This document shows, piece by piece, positions 1 to 8,879 of a DNA stretch of 64,000 nucleotides (position 1 is its first letter; every line of letters starts with the position of its first letter). A program made the translations under genes and the position numbers. Source of the stretch: Minisyncoccota bacterium (GTDB lineage: Bacteria > Patescibacteriota > Minisyncoccia > Phycocordibacterales > CSBR16-193); assembly GCA_040905715.1 (NCBI GenBank), contig JBBDRA010000003.1, positions 199,075 through 263,074 of the forward strand. Reading direction: 5' to 3'. The notes beneath the pieces are model-generated. The model ran no database searches, was not told the DNA's origin, and worked only from the letters and a program-made list of their open reading frames with translations.

Positions 1-2
1 AT

Positions 3-590
3 CAAATGCAGCAGATCGGTTTCTCAAGCGCGAATGATCAGGATAAAGAAAATTACGATCATGCAAAAACTAAAGTAATGGAGAGCTTGAAGGAGTCGTT
101 CAAACCTGAGTTTTTGAATCGACTTGATGATATTGTCATGTTCGATATTCTTAGTCGCCAGGCAATACGGGGCATCGTGCGCAACCAGGTTGATATAGTG
201 AAAGATCGACTTGCTGAAAAAGAGATTACCTTGAAGGTTTCTAACAAGGTTATATCGTATCTTGCAGACGAGGGGTACGACCCACAGTACGGTGCGCGCC
301 CGCTTAAGCGCTTGATTCAAAGCAAGATCCTAACACCTGTTGCGTCGATGATGGTCTCACAAGGGGTGATGCGCGGTGGATCGGTCAAGGTTGATCTGGA
401 CGATAAAGGAGAATTTTCCTTCGATGTAAAGAAAGGGAAAAAAGGAAGCTTTATACGAGATAAAATTGAGATTGAAGATCAAAGCGCCTCAGAAAAGCCT
501 CAACAGAAAAAGACAACAACAAAGACATCTGCCAACACAAAGTCAAAACCAAAGCAAAAGAGGAAGGAGCCAGTGGGAGCGAAGAAGTAA
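3..590 (+). CDS. Clp-family AAA+ chaperone (ClpB/ClpC-like), C-terminal fragment; gene begins upstream of the window
   Basis: C-terminal small-domain motifs of ClpA/B/C D2 (EFLNRLDDIV, GARPLKRLIQ), then a K-rich tail and stop. Confidence 0.8.
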   Translation, partial: QMQQIGFSSANDQDKENYDHAKTKVMESLKESFKPEFLNRLDDIVMFDILSRQAIRGIVRNQVDIVKDRLAEKEITLKVSNKVISYLADEGYDPQYGARPLKRLIQSKILTPVASMMVSQGVMRGGSVKVDLDDKGEFSFDVKKGKKGSFIRDKIEIEDQSASEKPQQKKTTTKTSANTKSKPKQKRKEPVGAKK

Positions 591-603
591 AAAATACAAA
601 AAA

Positions 604-632
604 CAGCCCAAAGCAAATGGGCTGTTTTTTGT
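604..632 (+). terminator. rho-independent terminator after the clp fragment
   Basis: hairpin cagccca...tgggctg followed by a T-run. Confidence 0.7.
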
Positions 633-683
633 TGAACAACACGAGGAATTGAGTTAGAATGACCGTTCGTTGCCAGTTAGAAT

Positions 684-766
684 GCGTCGGTGGCAGAGCG
701 GTCAAATGCACGAGGCTGTAAACCTCGCGACTTCGGTCTTCGCAGGTTCGAATCCTGCCCGGCGCA
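684..766 (+). tRNA. tRNA-Tyr (anticodon GTA), class II long variable arm, no encoded CCA
   Basis: acceptor GCGTCGG/CCGGCGC; anticodon stem CGAGG/CCTCG with loop CTGTAAA; T-arm GCAGG-TTCGAAT-CCTGC. Confidence 0.9.
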
Positions 767-774
767 CAAAATTA

Positions 775-807
775 AAAACGACACTATTTATTTTAGTGTC
801 GTTTTTA
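775..807 (+). terminator. hairpin terminator downstream of tRNA-Tyr
   Basis: aaaacgacact...agtgtcgtttt with T-run. Confidence 0.6.
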
Positions 808-809
808 AT

Positions 810-1215
810 TTATAGTGGTGACAGGATTCGAACCGTAGGCGCCTAAAAACAAGGAGCCGTGCGACTATGTTTTTAGTGCGTTTCGACCGAAGGGAGAGGC
901 GAATCCTGCCCAGGAAAATTATTTGTGACCGAATCCCTATGTTTTCTAACTAGAGCGCCGGGAGATGAGCGAATTTCTTCGCTCGCGTCAGGATTCGAAG
1001 CGCCGGAACATATCGCGTAGCGATGTGAGGCGCCGGCAAGGAGTCTTAGTATTTTCGAAGCGAAGCGCACGAAAATACTTAGAACTCGCGGGGCCGAATC
1101 CTGCCCAGAAAAAATATTCTTAACTGAATCCAGCACACCCACACCCTTTTATCTCTCTCCCGAGGTTAAACCTCGGGAAACTCGGTTCGATTTAAGAGAA
1201 GGTAGATCCTGCCAC
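810..1215. repeat. degenerate tandem units carrying tRNA-Tyr 3'-end-like segments in direct and inverted orientation
   Basis: cgaatcctgcccag at 899-912 and 1097-1110 matches tRNA-Tyr 749-762; inverted ggattcgaa at 824-834 and 991-1000; the ~190-bp units align (caggattcgaa.cg / ggcgcc..caaggag / g.cgaatcctgcccag.aaaa.tatt); a further T-loop-like ggttcga...atcctgcc lies at 1184-1213. Confidence 0.6.
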
Positions 1216-1287
1216 ACACTCTTGCCCTTTCACTCCTGTTCCATTAGAGTTAACCTAGTTCTTTTGAACAAGAAAGGAGATGATTCG

Positions 1288-1926
1288 ATGGAACAGCAGC
1301 ATACCAGAAATTGGGTAATGAAATTTCTTCAGCAGAAGAAAGATCGTTTAAATTCAATCGTCGGCCAGTCGTGGAGAAGTATCACCGGATGGTTTTCCCG
1401 AGAGCAGAAGGGCCACGTCATTGATCCGTCAATCGCGCTGGCACACTTGAAGGGTTCTGTTCTCATAGACACGTTGCACGTGTCTGTCAGTGATTCAACA
1501 GATACGTTGCATGCAGATGCTGACCCGGGACAAAAAAGTGGATCGTATCACGTTGAGCTCGAAGGCAGGTTTACTCCTTCTCTCGAACAGTGTTCAGACG
1601 AGGGTATAACCGGCGATAAGGTGCTTCCTGAATCGGTGATGCTTGAAGTGATCACGCAGGCTGTTATGGCTGCGGTGGTTGATCATCTCGATCTCGAAGG
1701 TGGGAAGGTTATTAAGCCGCGACACGCTGATATCGATTGGTCCGGCGAGGTGCCCGCTGACTTTCGGTTCATCGTGACCATTCCGTCGATCGAGTTATCA
1801 CCGGATAACACAGAGGTGTTTGCCAAAAATATCATCGGAGAAGTGAGTGGCGCACGTGTCGTTACTGTGTCGTTGTTCACCTTTGCGATCATTGAGCAGC
1901 AGAAAAGTTCCACAAAAGTTTCATAG
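1288..1926 (+). CDS. hypothetical protein
   Basis: ORF with SD aaaggaga 7 nt upstream of the ATG; no recognisable family. Confidence 0.6.
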   Translation: MEQQHTRNWVMKFLQQKKDRLNSIVGQSWRSITGWFSREQKGHVIDPSIALAHLKGSVLIDTLHVSVSDSTDTLHADADPGQKSGSYHVELEGRFTPSLEQCSDEGITGDKVLPESVMLEVITQAVMAAVVDHLDLEGGKVIKPRHADIDWSGEVPADFRFIVTIPSIELSPDNTEVFAKNIIGEVSGARVVTVSLFTFAIIEQQKSSTKVS

Positions 1927-2017
1927 CCCCGTCACACTTTTTGGTAAGTAATCAGAAGTGTGGTGGGGCTTTTTCATTGTGCTTACTGCTTTTGTAAAAA
2001 TTTGCTACAGTTGCTCT

Positions 2018-3166
2018 ATGCAACCACGAGAATATAACTCAAACGCACTTCGTACCTGGATCGATGTTGATACCAAGGTACTTGAACACAACTACAATCT
2101 TTTTAGGGAGGTTCTCTCTAAAGAGACAACGTTGTGTGCGGTCGTTAAGTCAAACGCGTACGGGCACAGTCTCGTTGATTATGCTAAGCAGATGGAAGGG
2201 TTTGGCGTGGATTGGCTTGCGGTCGACACGCTTGTGGAAGGTCTTCGACTGCGCGAAGAAGGTATCACTGCACCGATATTGGTTCTGGGGTATACGCTGC
2301 CTGATATGTTCACAAAGGCAGCAGACAATGATATATCCATAATGATCTCCGGGTTTGAATCGCTCGGCCACGCGCTTCGGTATGCGGGCAAGAAACCTCT
2401 TAAGATTCATATTAAATGCGACACCGGAATGCATCGGCAAGGATTCTTGGAGGGTCAGATAAAAAAGGCGGTGCGAGACATTCGCAAAGCAGAGAATCCG
2501 AAGGTTGTGATTGAGGGCGTCTTCACACATTTTGCGGATGCCAAAAATCCATCCGAGCCGCGCCGGACGCAAGAACAAATAGAGATCTTCGAGAGGGTCA
2601 GACAAGAGTTCGTTGACGCAGGGCACTCACCTATTGTTCACGCTGCCGCTACGTCGACTACTGTTATCTTCCCTGAAGCACATTATGACATGGTGCGTGT
2701 CGGCATCGGTCTCTATGGCTTGTGGCCCTCTGTCGCTACCAAGCAGTATGCGCAAGAATGGCTTCCACTCCAACCCGTGCTTTCCTGGAAAAGTGTTGTA
2801 AGCGAGGTGAAGGCGGTCCCTGCCGGTTCGCAGTTCGGATACGGTTTTACCGAAAGCGTTGCTCGGGATTCAAAGATCGCGGTCATTCCGATCGGCTACT
2901 GGCACGGGTATCCACGCTCGCTTTCATCGATCGGTCATATGTTGATCCGTGGCAAGCGTGCCAAAGTGCTCGGCACCGTTTCGATGGATATAACGGTAGT
3001 TGATGTTACTGACATTAAGGGAGTTAAGGCAGGGGATGAAGTAATGCTTATTGGAAAAGACGGCAAAGACGACATTACTGCCGATGAGCTCGCCGGTATG
3101 ACCGGCACGATCAACTACGAGATCGTTACTCGTATCAATCCATTAATTAAGAGGTTTTACGTTTAG
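2018..3166 (+). CDS. alr: alanine racemase
   Basis: PLP-lysine motif AVVKSNAYGHS; full-length similarity to the Alr family; ATG at 2018 preferred over the upstream alternative start at 1958. Confidence 0.9.
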   Translation: MQPREYNSNALRTWIDVDTKVLEHNYNLFREVLSKETTLCAVVKSNAYGHSLVDYAKQMEGFGVDWLAVDTLVEGLRLREEGITAPILVLGYTLPDMFTKAADNDISIMISGFESLGHALRYAGKKPLKIHIKCDTGMHRQGFLEGQIKKAVRDIRKAENPKVVIEGVFTHFADAKNPSEPRRTQEQIEIFERVRQEFVDAGHSPIVHAAATSTTVIFPEAHYDMVRVGIGLYGLWPSVATKQYAQEWLPLQPVLSWKSVVSEVKAVPAGSQFGYGFTESVARDSKIAVIPIGYWHGYPRSLSSIGHMLIRGKRAKVLGTVSMDITVVDVTDIKGVKAGDEVMLIGKDGKDDITADELAGMTGTINYEIVTRINPLIKRFYV

Positions 3167-3287
3167 TATAAATTGTGACACGGCGTGTTGTACGAGTTAT
3201 CAAATACACACATGTATTTGATAAGTACGTTGATTTTGGTAGTGTTGCGGTGGGAAGACGGTAAAAACCTTTTTAAGGAGAAAACTC

Positions 3288-3545
3288 GTGCGTTGGAAAA
3301 AACGATTGCTGACGTTGGCAAAGTGTTGTTGGCTCGATAAACAAATCGCCACTCATTGGTTTGGTTGGGAAATGGATCCCGGTGATGCTGGAGCAAAGCC
3401 GGGAATTAATGCGTATCATTTTCACGTCCCGCCTGATCACAATATTGTGAACCTCACCGACTACTGGCCGCCGGCGAGATCACAAGCTGTAAAGGAGCGG
3501 GAACGAGCAATCAGGCGGGTGTTGAAACATCGGTTTATGCCATAA
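3288..3545 (+). CDS. hypothetical small protein (GTG start)
   Basis: SD aaggag 7 nt before the GTG; followed by a terminator. Confidence 0.45.
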   Translation: MRWKKRLLTLAKCCWLDKQIATHWFGWEMDPGDAGAKPGINAYHFHVPPDHNIVNLTDYWPPARSQAVKERERAIRRVLKHRFMP

Positions 3546-3589
3546 ATGTGCAAAATCAGGCATGATGTTCGTATGCAAGAAAAGCTCAA

Positions 3590-3626
3590 GCAGAAGGTAA
3601 CCGCACCTTCTGCTTTTTTTATTTTT
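3590..3626 (+). terminator. rho-independent terminator
   Basis: gcagaaggt...accttctgc plus a T7 run. Confidence 0.7.
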
Positions 3627-3643
3627 GTGGCACACTTGGTCGT

Positions 3644-4954
3644 ATGCGACAAAACATAGTACATCCGGGCGCAGATGAATTAAGTTACGAGATACGAGAG
3701 ATTGTTGAAGTAGCAAACCAGCTTCAGGCTGCCGGTCAGACGATCTACTGGGAGAACATAGGTGACCCGGTCGCCAAAGGTGAGAAGATCCCCGACTGGA
3801 TCAAGGAGAAGATCATCGAGGTCATCAAAACAGATGACAGTAGTTTTGGCTATTCTCCCACAAAGGGTGATGTAGGTGCGCGTGAGTACATAGCCCACGA
3901 GCGCAACATCGAAGGGGGGATACAGATCACCGCCGATGATATCCTGTTCTTCAATGGGCTTGGTGACGCTATTTCTAAAATATACGAATACGTTCATCCG
4001 GATGTTCGCGTCATCGGCCCAAACCCGGCCTACCCGACTCATTCCTCTGCTGAGGCAGCCCACGCCGGCTCTCATCATCTGACCTACCGTCTTGATCCCT
4101 ATAACAACTGGTATCCGGATCTGGAGGATCTGCGAAGTAAGGTGGAAAAAGATACGTCTATTGGCGGGATCATCCTGATCAATCCGGACAACCCGACGGG
4201 TATGGTGTATTCACAAGAAGTGATCGCCGGACTAGTGGATATTGCCCGTGAATTCAACTTGTTCATTATCTCCGATGAGATCTACTCGAACATTTTTTAT
4301 GGAGGTGTTGAGCATAAGAAATTAGCACAAGTGATCGGTGACGTGCCGGCGATCGCAATGCGCGGTATCTCAAAGGAGTTTCCATGGCCTGGTGCGCGGT
4401 GCGGTTGGGTCGAGTTTTATAATCGGGACAAGGATGAAACATTTAATCGGTACTGCCGTTCACTGGTCGACGCCAAGATGCTTGAGGTGTGTTCAACCAC
4501 GTTGCCGCAGAAAATGATCCCAAAGGTAATGGGAGACGAGCGGTATTATCCATATTTGGCTGAGCGTAATAAACAGTATGAAAAGAGAGCGCAGCAACTG
4601 TATGACGCGCTGGCAGATATCGAAGGTCTGGTGGTGAACAAAGCCAACGGCGCATTTTATATGACAGTAATGTTCAAGAAAGGGGTACTCACCGGCACTG
4701 AGATGATCCCGATCGAAAATGAGGATGCGAGGGGGATCGTTGCACCATATCTCAAAAATGGTCACGAGGCGGACAAACGCTTTGTTTATAACCTACTCGC
4801 TTCGACCGGTATTTGTGTCGTGCCGCTTTCGACCGGGTTCAATTCAGACCTCTTTGGTTTCCGGATCACGCTCCTCGAACGAGATGATGATACATTCGAG
4901 TATATAGTGGGTACCTTAAAAGACGCTATAGAGAAATATATTCAGAAAGCTTGA
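3644..4954 (+). CDS. class I/II PLP-dependent aminotransferase (alanine/aspartate aminotransferase-like)
   Basis: NPDNPTG motif, SKEF..PG.R motif, length 436 aa. Confidence 0.85.
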   Translation: MRQNIVHPGADELSYEIREIVEVANQLQAAGQTIYWENIGDPVAKGEKIPDWIKEKIIEVIKTDDSSFGYSPTKGDVGAREYIAHERNIEGGIQITADDILFFNGLGDAISKIYEYVHPDVRVIGPNPAYPTHSSAEAAHAGSHHLTYRLDPYNNWYPDLEDLRSKVEKDTSIGGIILINPDNPTGMVYSQEVIAGLVDIAREFNLFIISDEIYSNIFYGGVEHKKLAQVIGDVPAIAMRGISKEFPWPGARCGWVEFYNRDKDETFNRYCRSLVDAKMLEVCSTTLPQKMIPKVMGDERYYPYLAERNKQYEKRAQQLYDALADIEGLVVNKANGAFYMTVMFKKGVLTGTEMIPIENEDARGIVAPYLKNGHEADKRFVYNLLASTGICVVPLSTGFNSDLFGFRITLLERDDDTFEYIVGTLKDAIEKYIQKA

Positions 4955-5049
4955 TTTTCTGCTACTTTTCTTGTAATCTAGTTCAATACTTCATGTTTAT
5001 GCCCGTGGTGGCTTAATAGGCCTAATATGTAGCGCCTTATAATCAAATT

Positions 5050-5208
5050 ATGTCACAAGATAACCTAATAAAACTCCAGTGTGGAGACTGCAAACAGATC
5101 AACTATTGGTCTCGTAAGAATAAGAAGCTTGATCAGAACAAGATCACGCTTCAGAAGCACTGCAAGTGGTGCCGAAAGCACGCGGAGCACAAAGAGATGA
5201 AGAAATAG
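5050..5208 (+). CDS. rpmG: 50S ribosomal protein L33
   Basis: 52-aa ORF MSQDNLIKLQCGDCKQINY...CKWCRKHAEHKE with two CxxC pairs typical of L33; absent from the ORF track because it is under 60 aa. Confidence 0.85.
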   Translation: MSQDNLIKLQCGDCKQINYWSRKNKKLDQNKITLQKHCKWCRKHAEHKEMKK

Positions 5209-5231
5209 AAGGGGACAACCCATAAAAAAAG

Positions 5232-5260
5232 AAAAGCCCTTTATCAGGGCTTTTCTTTTT
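5232..5260 (+). terminator. rho-independent terminator after rpmG
   Basis: aaaagccct ttatc agggctttt followed by T-run. Confidence 0.7.
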
Positions 5261-5280
5261 GCTATAGTAACAGCGATCAA

Positions 5281-6948
5281 TTAGGGGCGTAGCTCACCTG
5301 GTAGAGCGTCGGTCTCCAAAACCGAAGGTAGCAGGTTCAAGTCCTGTCGCCCCTGCAATTTAGGATTTTTAGCGTAGATTTCACTCAAATCCCTTTTATC
5401 CTCGCCGTATTTAGGTGGTTCTAACCTATCGTGAATAGCGTCCACTGCTTTCTTCATTGATTTCATAGGAAATAGCAGATTATCCCAATCAATTCGCAGT
5501 ATTTTGTCTTTAAGGATTAGGTTCGAACCTAATGTAGCGAATATTTCTTTTTTCGTTTCCAAATTGTTACTTTCTCTAGCTTCGGCAAAGAGGGAAGACG
5601 CCTTTTCAGCAAAACTAAATCCACGTTCTGCTATCTCAAGCCAGTTATCTACACGCTTGTCTGTGCCCTTGAGAAGTTCTTGATATTTATCCTTCTCTTC
5701 AAGTAGTTTTTGTTTTCGCTCACGAAACTCTTCCTCACTAAGTTCATCATTGGCACGCATATCAATCAGGTTATCTAACCTGCGTACGCATGATTCATAT
5801 CCTCGCCTCTGTGAGCTGTAAATGAGTTCTCGGTCATCTACCTCCTTTGAGTTCATTTCCTTGAGCCGTGCCAGTGCCCAGTCTTTGAAATCAGTGGGTA
5901 TTTCTACAGATTCCAATTCTTTTGCTATTTGCTTTTCAAGCTCCTTTTCTTCAATCGGGGACTGACTGCAATTTGGGTCCTTTCGTTTCGTGCAGTGATA
6001 ATAGGTGTAATAGTGTGAGTTGCCATTCTTTTGGTGCTTCACTTTCTCCTCAGCTGTAATCATGGCTCCACACTCACCACATTTTAGAGGACCACGGTAG
6101 GCAATAGTATGTCGTTTTGGTCGTGTTGTATTTTCTCTGCCTAGCATTTGCTGTACTCGCTCATACTCTTCTCGAGTCACCAGAGGCTCATGTTTCCCCT
6201 TATAGGTATTACCGTCGTGCTCAATAACTCCCATATAGAAAGGATTAGTAAGTATCCTGTAGGCAGTACTTCTAGCGACTGGTTTGTTGCCACCTCGCTT
6301 TGTTTTACGAGTTCGCAGACCCCATTCATTATTTGCTATATCTAAAATCTGAGTCGGACGATAATTGCCTGTTAGCATTAAATCCCAAATCTTACGGATA
6401 AGGTTGAACCGCTCTGGGTCCTTGATGATGGTTTTTTCAGATTTGTCATTTAGGTAACCAATTGGCGGTAGGCTAGTAGCCCATCCTCTTTTTAGTCTAC
6501 CTAAGTTGCCTCGTTTTACATTTTTACTTAAATCAAGAACGAATTGGTTTGCTACTCCACTTTCCACATTAAATAGCAGTACATTATCTCCAGGGAGGTA
6601 TTCTCTGTCTACTGTTTGTATGCTCTGGAGTACGTTGCTTTGCAAGAGCCAGCTTAATCTACCACTGTCTACTGGATTGCGAGAGAGGCGGTTGATTTGC
6701 CAGCAAAGTATGCCGTCCGCTTCACCGTCCTCAACTCGTTGCAACATCTCCTCAAAAACAGGGCGATTGTTTGGAGTTTTTGCTGATTTCGATTCCGTAA
6801 GGTGTTCAATAATTTCAATGTTGAGATTATGAGCAAGTTCCGTGAGGCGGTTTGTTTGGTCCTCTATAGATTGTATCTGTCGGTCCTCACTCTCAGAGGA
6901 TTTCCGAGCATATAAAAAGTATCGTTTTTTGTTCGTATCTTTGCTCAT
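5281..6948 (-). CDS. large serine recombinase (resolvase N-terminal domain, recombinase domain, Zn-ribbon)
   Basis: N-terminal YFLYARKSSESEDRQ catalytic-serine motif; C-terminal CxxC..C zinc ribbon; coiled-coil; ATG at 6948 preferred (the listed 6984 start is TTG); the last 24 codons run antisense across tRNA-Trp. Confidence 0.9.
   Translation of the reverse strand: MSKDTNKKRYFLYARKSSESEDRQIQSIEDQTNRLTELAHNLNIEIIEHLTESKSAKTPNNRPVFEEMLQRVEDGEADGILCWQINRLSRNPVDSGRLSWLLQSNVLQSIQTVDREYLPGDNVLLFNVESGVANQFVLDLSKNVKRGNLGRLKRGWATSLPPIGYLNDKSEKTIIKDPERFNLIRKIWDLMLTGNYRPTQILDIANNEWGLRTRKTKRGGNKPVARSTAYRILTNPFYMGVIEHDGNTYKGKHEPLVTREEYERVQQMLGRENTTRPKRHTIAYRGPLKCGECGAMITAEEKVKHQKNGNSHYYTYYHCTKRKDPNCSQSPIEEKELEKQIAKELESVEIPTDFKDWALARLKEMNSKEVDDRELIYSSQRRGYESCVRRLDNLIDMRANDELSEEEFRERKQKLLEEKDKYQELLKGTDKRVDNWLEIAERGFSFAEKASSLFAEARESNNLETKKEIFATLGSNLILKDKILRIDWDNLLFPMKSMKKAVDAIHDRLEPPKYGEDKRDLSEIYAKNPKLQGRQDLNLLPSVLETDALPGELRP
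5283..5355 (+). tRNA. tRNA-Trp (anticodon CCA)
   Basis: AGGGGCG acceptor; anticodon loop CTCCAAA; T-arm GCAGG-TTCAAGT-CCTGT; close to the canonical bacterial tRNA-Trp. Confidence 0.9.
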
Positions 6949-6985
6949 ATAAAAACCCGAAAGGGACGGTCTGTGTTGAACCAAC

Positions 6986-7100
6986 TACACGTGGCAATCA
7001 CAGGGATAGACACGATAGCGGAGCAGACCGCCCCTCTCGGGCTACTATAGTATCTATCCCCGTGCATACACCTACGCATAGTTGGTTCAACAATTACATT
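6986..7100. promoter_or_regulatory. long imperfect palindrome between the recombinase start and the upstream gene
   Basis: tgttgaaccaacta ... tagttggttcaaca is a 14-bp perfect inverted repeat about 68 nt apart, with inner partial IRs (gggatagaca / tatctatcccc). Confidence 0.4.
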
Positions 7101-7103
7101 ATA

Positions 7104-8369
7104 TCATCTTTTCTCAAGTGAGGACCGAGTAATAAGCTCAAATCTATCAAGTGCTTCGTCCACAAAAGCAATGCCATTGGAGTAGGGTAAGTTCTTGGTT
7201 AGTTCTGATGCTTCACGTATCTTCTTTGTGAGACGTTCAGGATGACTTGGACTCCAGCAGCTGGCTACCAATTTACGGAGTTCTTTTACGCCACGGTCTT
7301 TAATAATACATGTCAGACCATAGGAAATAAAAGCCCGATTCATACTGTGCACCTCTCCTTTTTTTCTTGCTTCCTCAGCTATGTGAAGAAGCAGCTTAAA
7401 GTCGTCCGTGGGACCAATGAGTGCAAGTTGATTTTCTGGTCTTTGTACAAGTGTATGCCATGATTTAAGTAGTATTGTTTTGCTTAAGTTATCAGAAAAC
7501 AAATCCCTGAACGCCACATAGGTTTTTGGTTTTCTGTCCAAAACAGCGTTTATGTCTCGCTGAACCGCCTGCGTCTTTTTTATACGATATTCGAATCGAA
7601 ATACCTCTTGATTCTCGAGTCCGTACTTTTCAACGATACTTCTTTCACCCACAATTTTCCCTTTGTCTTTACGTTTCACTTTGGGTCGCATTGCGTCAGC
7701 TATTTTGTCGTAGAAAACACGTTCAACGGTTCCAGAATAGATATGAAGGACCTGCCCACCATTCTTGTTCTCTTTAGTGGTTATATCCACAGTTTTATTT
7801 ATATCTACTTGTTGTAACTCTGCGAGTATGTCTTGCAATCGTATATCTCGCGGAAGTATTACATTCTTACAGAAGTGGACACCTGACACACGAGCGTTCG
7901 CAATTACATTTGCTTCAACGATTATCCCAACACTTGAGAGTGATTTCTGAAGAACAGTAAGAGCTTCCCCTAGGTTCTTGTCAGACACTTCTTGCAAGCT
8001 GTTACCGTATAGGAGTTTGGGAAGTGAGAACTCTGCTATAAGTACATACAGAACCTCTTTGCGTTCTTTATCAAGCGTCTCCAGAACATCTACTTTTGGT
8101 AGATAGGTGTCTTGTGCTGGGGCTTTTAAAACGAAACGACGAAGGTAGTGTCGGTTTGATTGCTTTTCTGTGTCAGAAAGCTCGGTGTATTCTCTGCGAA
8201 CTATTTCTGGTAGAAACCGTTGTTTGTAACCAATTTTGAACTTGCCTGGTCCGTATATCTTTATGATGACAGTATCCATAGTATTTTTGTTGTTGGCGGT
8301 GTTTTTCAAGGAAACCTCTTTAATCAGGTAGATTCTCTGAGGTATGACAAACACTCTCTTTGGCTTCAT
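7104..8369 (-). CDS. hypothetical protein (island; possible replication/mobilisation function)
   Basis: long ORF with no recognisable motif; start uncertain (ATG at 8369 or 8279; the listed 8387 is TTG). Confidence 0.5.
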   Translation of the reverse strand: MKPKRVFVIPQRIYLIKEVSLKNTANNKNTMDTVIIKIYGPGKFKIGYKQRFLPEIVRREYTELSDTEKQSNRHYLRRFVLKAPAQDTYLPKVDVLETLDKERKEVLYVLIAEFSLPKLLYGNSLQEVSDKNLGEALTVLQKSLSSVGIIVEANVIANARVSGVHFCKNVILPRDIRLQDILAELQQVDINKTVDITTKENKNGGQVLHIYSGTVERVFYDKIADAMRPKVKRKDKGKIVGERSIVEKYGLENQEVFRFEYRIKKTQAVQRDINAVLDRKPKTYVAFRDLFSDNLSKTILLKSWHTLVQRPENQLALIGPTDDFKLLLHIAEEARKKGEVHSMNRAFISYGLTCIIKDRGVKELRKLVASCWSPSHPERLTKKIREASELTKNLPYSNGIAFVDEALDRFELITRSSLEKR

Positions 8370-8502
8370 GCTTAGAAGTAATCTCAATCAAACGGATGAG
8401 ACGTGAGCCTTTATCAAGAGCCTCGGCTTTGCTGATGTCTTTACCGAAATGTTTTCGATAGAGTGCCTGAAACTCGATTATGTGTTCATCCGTTAGTTGC
8501 AT
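8320..8502 (-). CDS. small hypothetical helical protein (possible regulator)
   Basis: 60-aa ORF with ATG start; overlaps the 5' end of the next ORF if that ORF starts at 8369. Confidence 0.35.
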   Translation of the reverse strand: MQLTDEHIIEFQALYRKHFGKDISKAEALDKGSRLIRLIEITSKHEAKESVCHTSENLPD

Positions 8503-8504
8503 GA

Positions 8505-8771
8505 CTAATCAGAGTAGAGCTTGTTTTTAAGAGCTTTCAGGTTGTCAAAGTACGACCGCGCCTTGACTTCTAATTGGTTAGAAAAATACTTATTGGCATG
8601 CTCCTCAATTTCTTTATCTCGTTTGAATACAAAAAGGACCTTACGAGAGTTTGTTTTCTCTAGTCCCTGAAGTTGGTAACCGCTAGACAGTAGTGCTGCC
8701 GAGGCTCCGAGGTCATACGTTGTGAAGACTGATGATGAGTCCTCGCGGAATGAGACTGCTTCTTGGTTCAT
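8505..8771 (-). CDS. small conserved hypothetical protein of the island
   Basis: 88-aa ORF with ATG start; resembles small proteins often linked to recombinases (DUF5659-like, low confidence). Confidence 0.45.
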   Translation of the reverse strand: MNQEAVSFREDSSSVFTTYDLGASAALLSSGYQLQGLEKTNSRKVLFVFKRDKEIEEHANKYFSNQLEVKARSYFDNLKALKNKLYSD

Positions 8772-8879
8772 GGTAATGATTTCTAAACTCCGAGTAATGC
8801 GGGTTTCTCTAAAGAAAAACCCAGTGCCTATAGTGGCAAACTGGGTTACTCAGATATGAAATCTACGCGAAATCTACGG

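Noticed and set aside
815-900. Possible intact minus-strand tRNA suggested by ggtgacaggattcgaacc.
   Set aside because: Only the T-arm/acceptor-like half is present. No complementary 5' acceptor strand or anticodon arm lies upstream, and the T-stem pairs are imperfect. It is treated as a fragment within the repeat units.
873-1142. An 89-aa minus-strand ORF and a 32-aa plus-strand ORF (870-968, with an AAGGAG SD) inside the tRNA-Tyr repeat region.
   Set aside because: Both are made of the repeat units themselves. The plus-strand ATG is ATT in the second unit. They lack conservation between units and are likely non-coding.
1958-2017. Longer alr start at 1958 (GTG) adding MWWGFFIVLTAF...
   Set aside because: The extension is hydrophobic nonsense with no RBS. 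The Alr family alignment fits ATG 2018.
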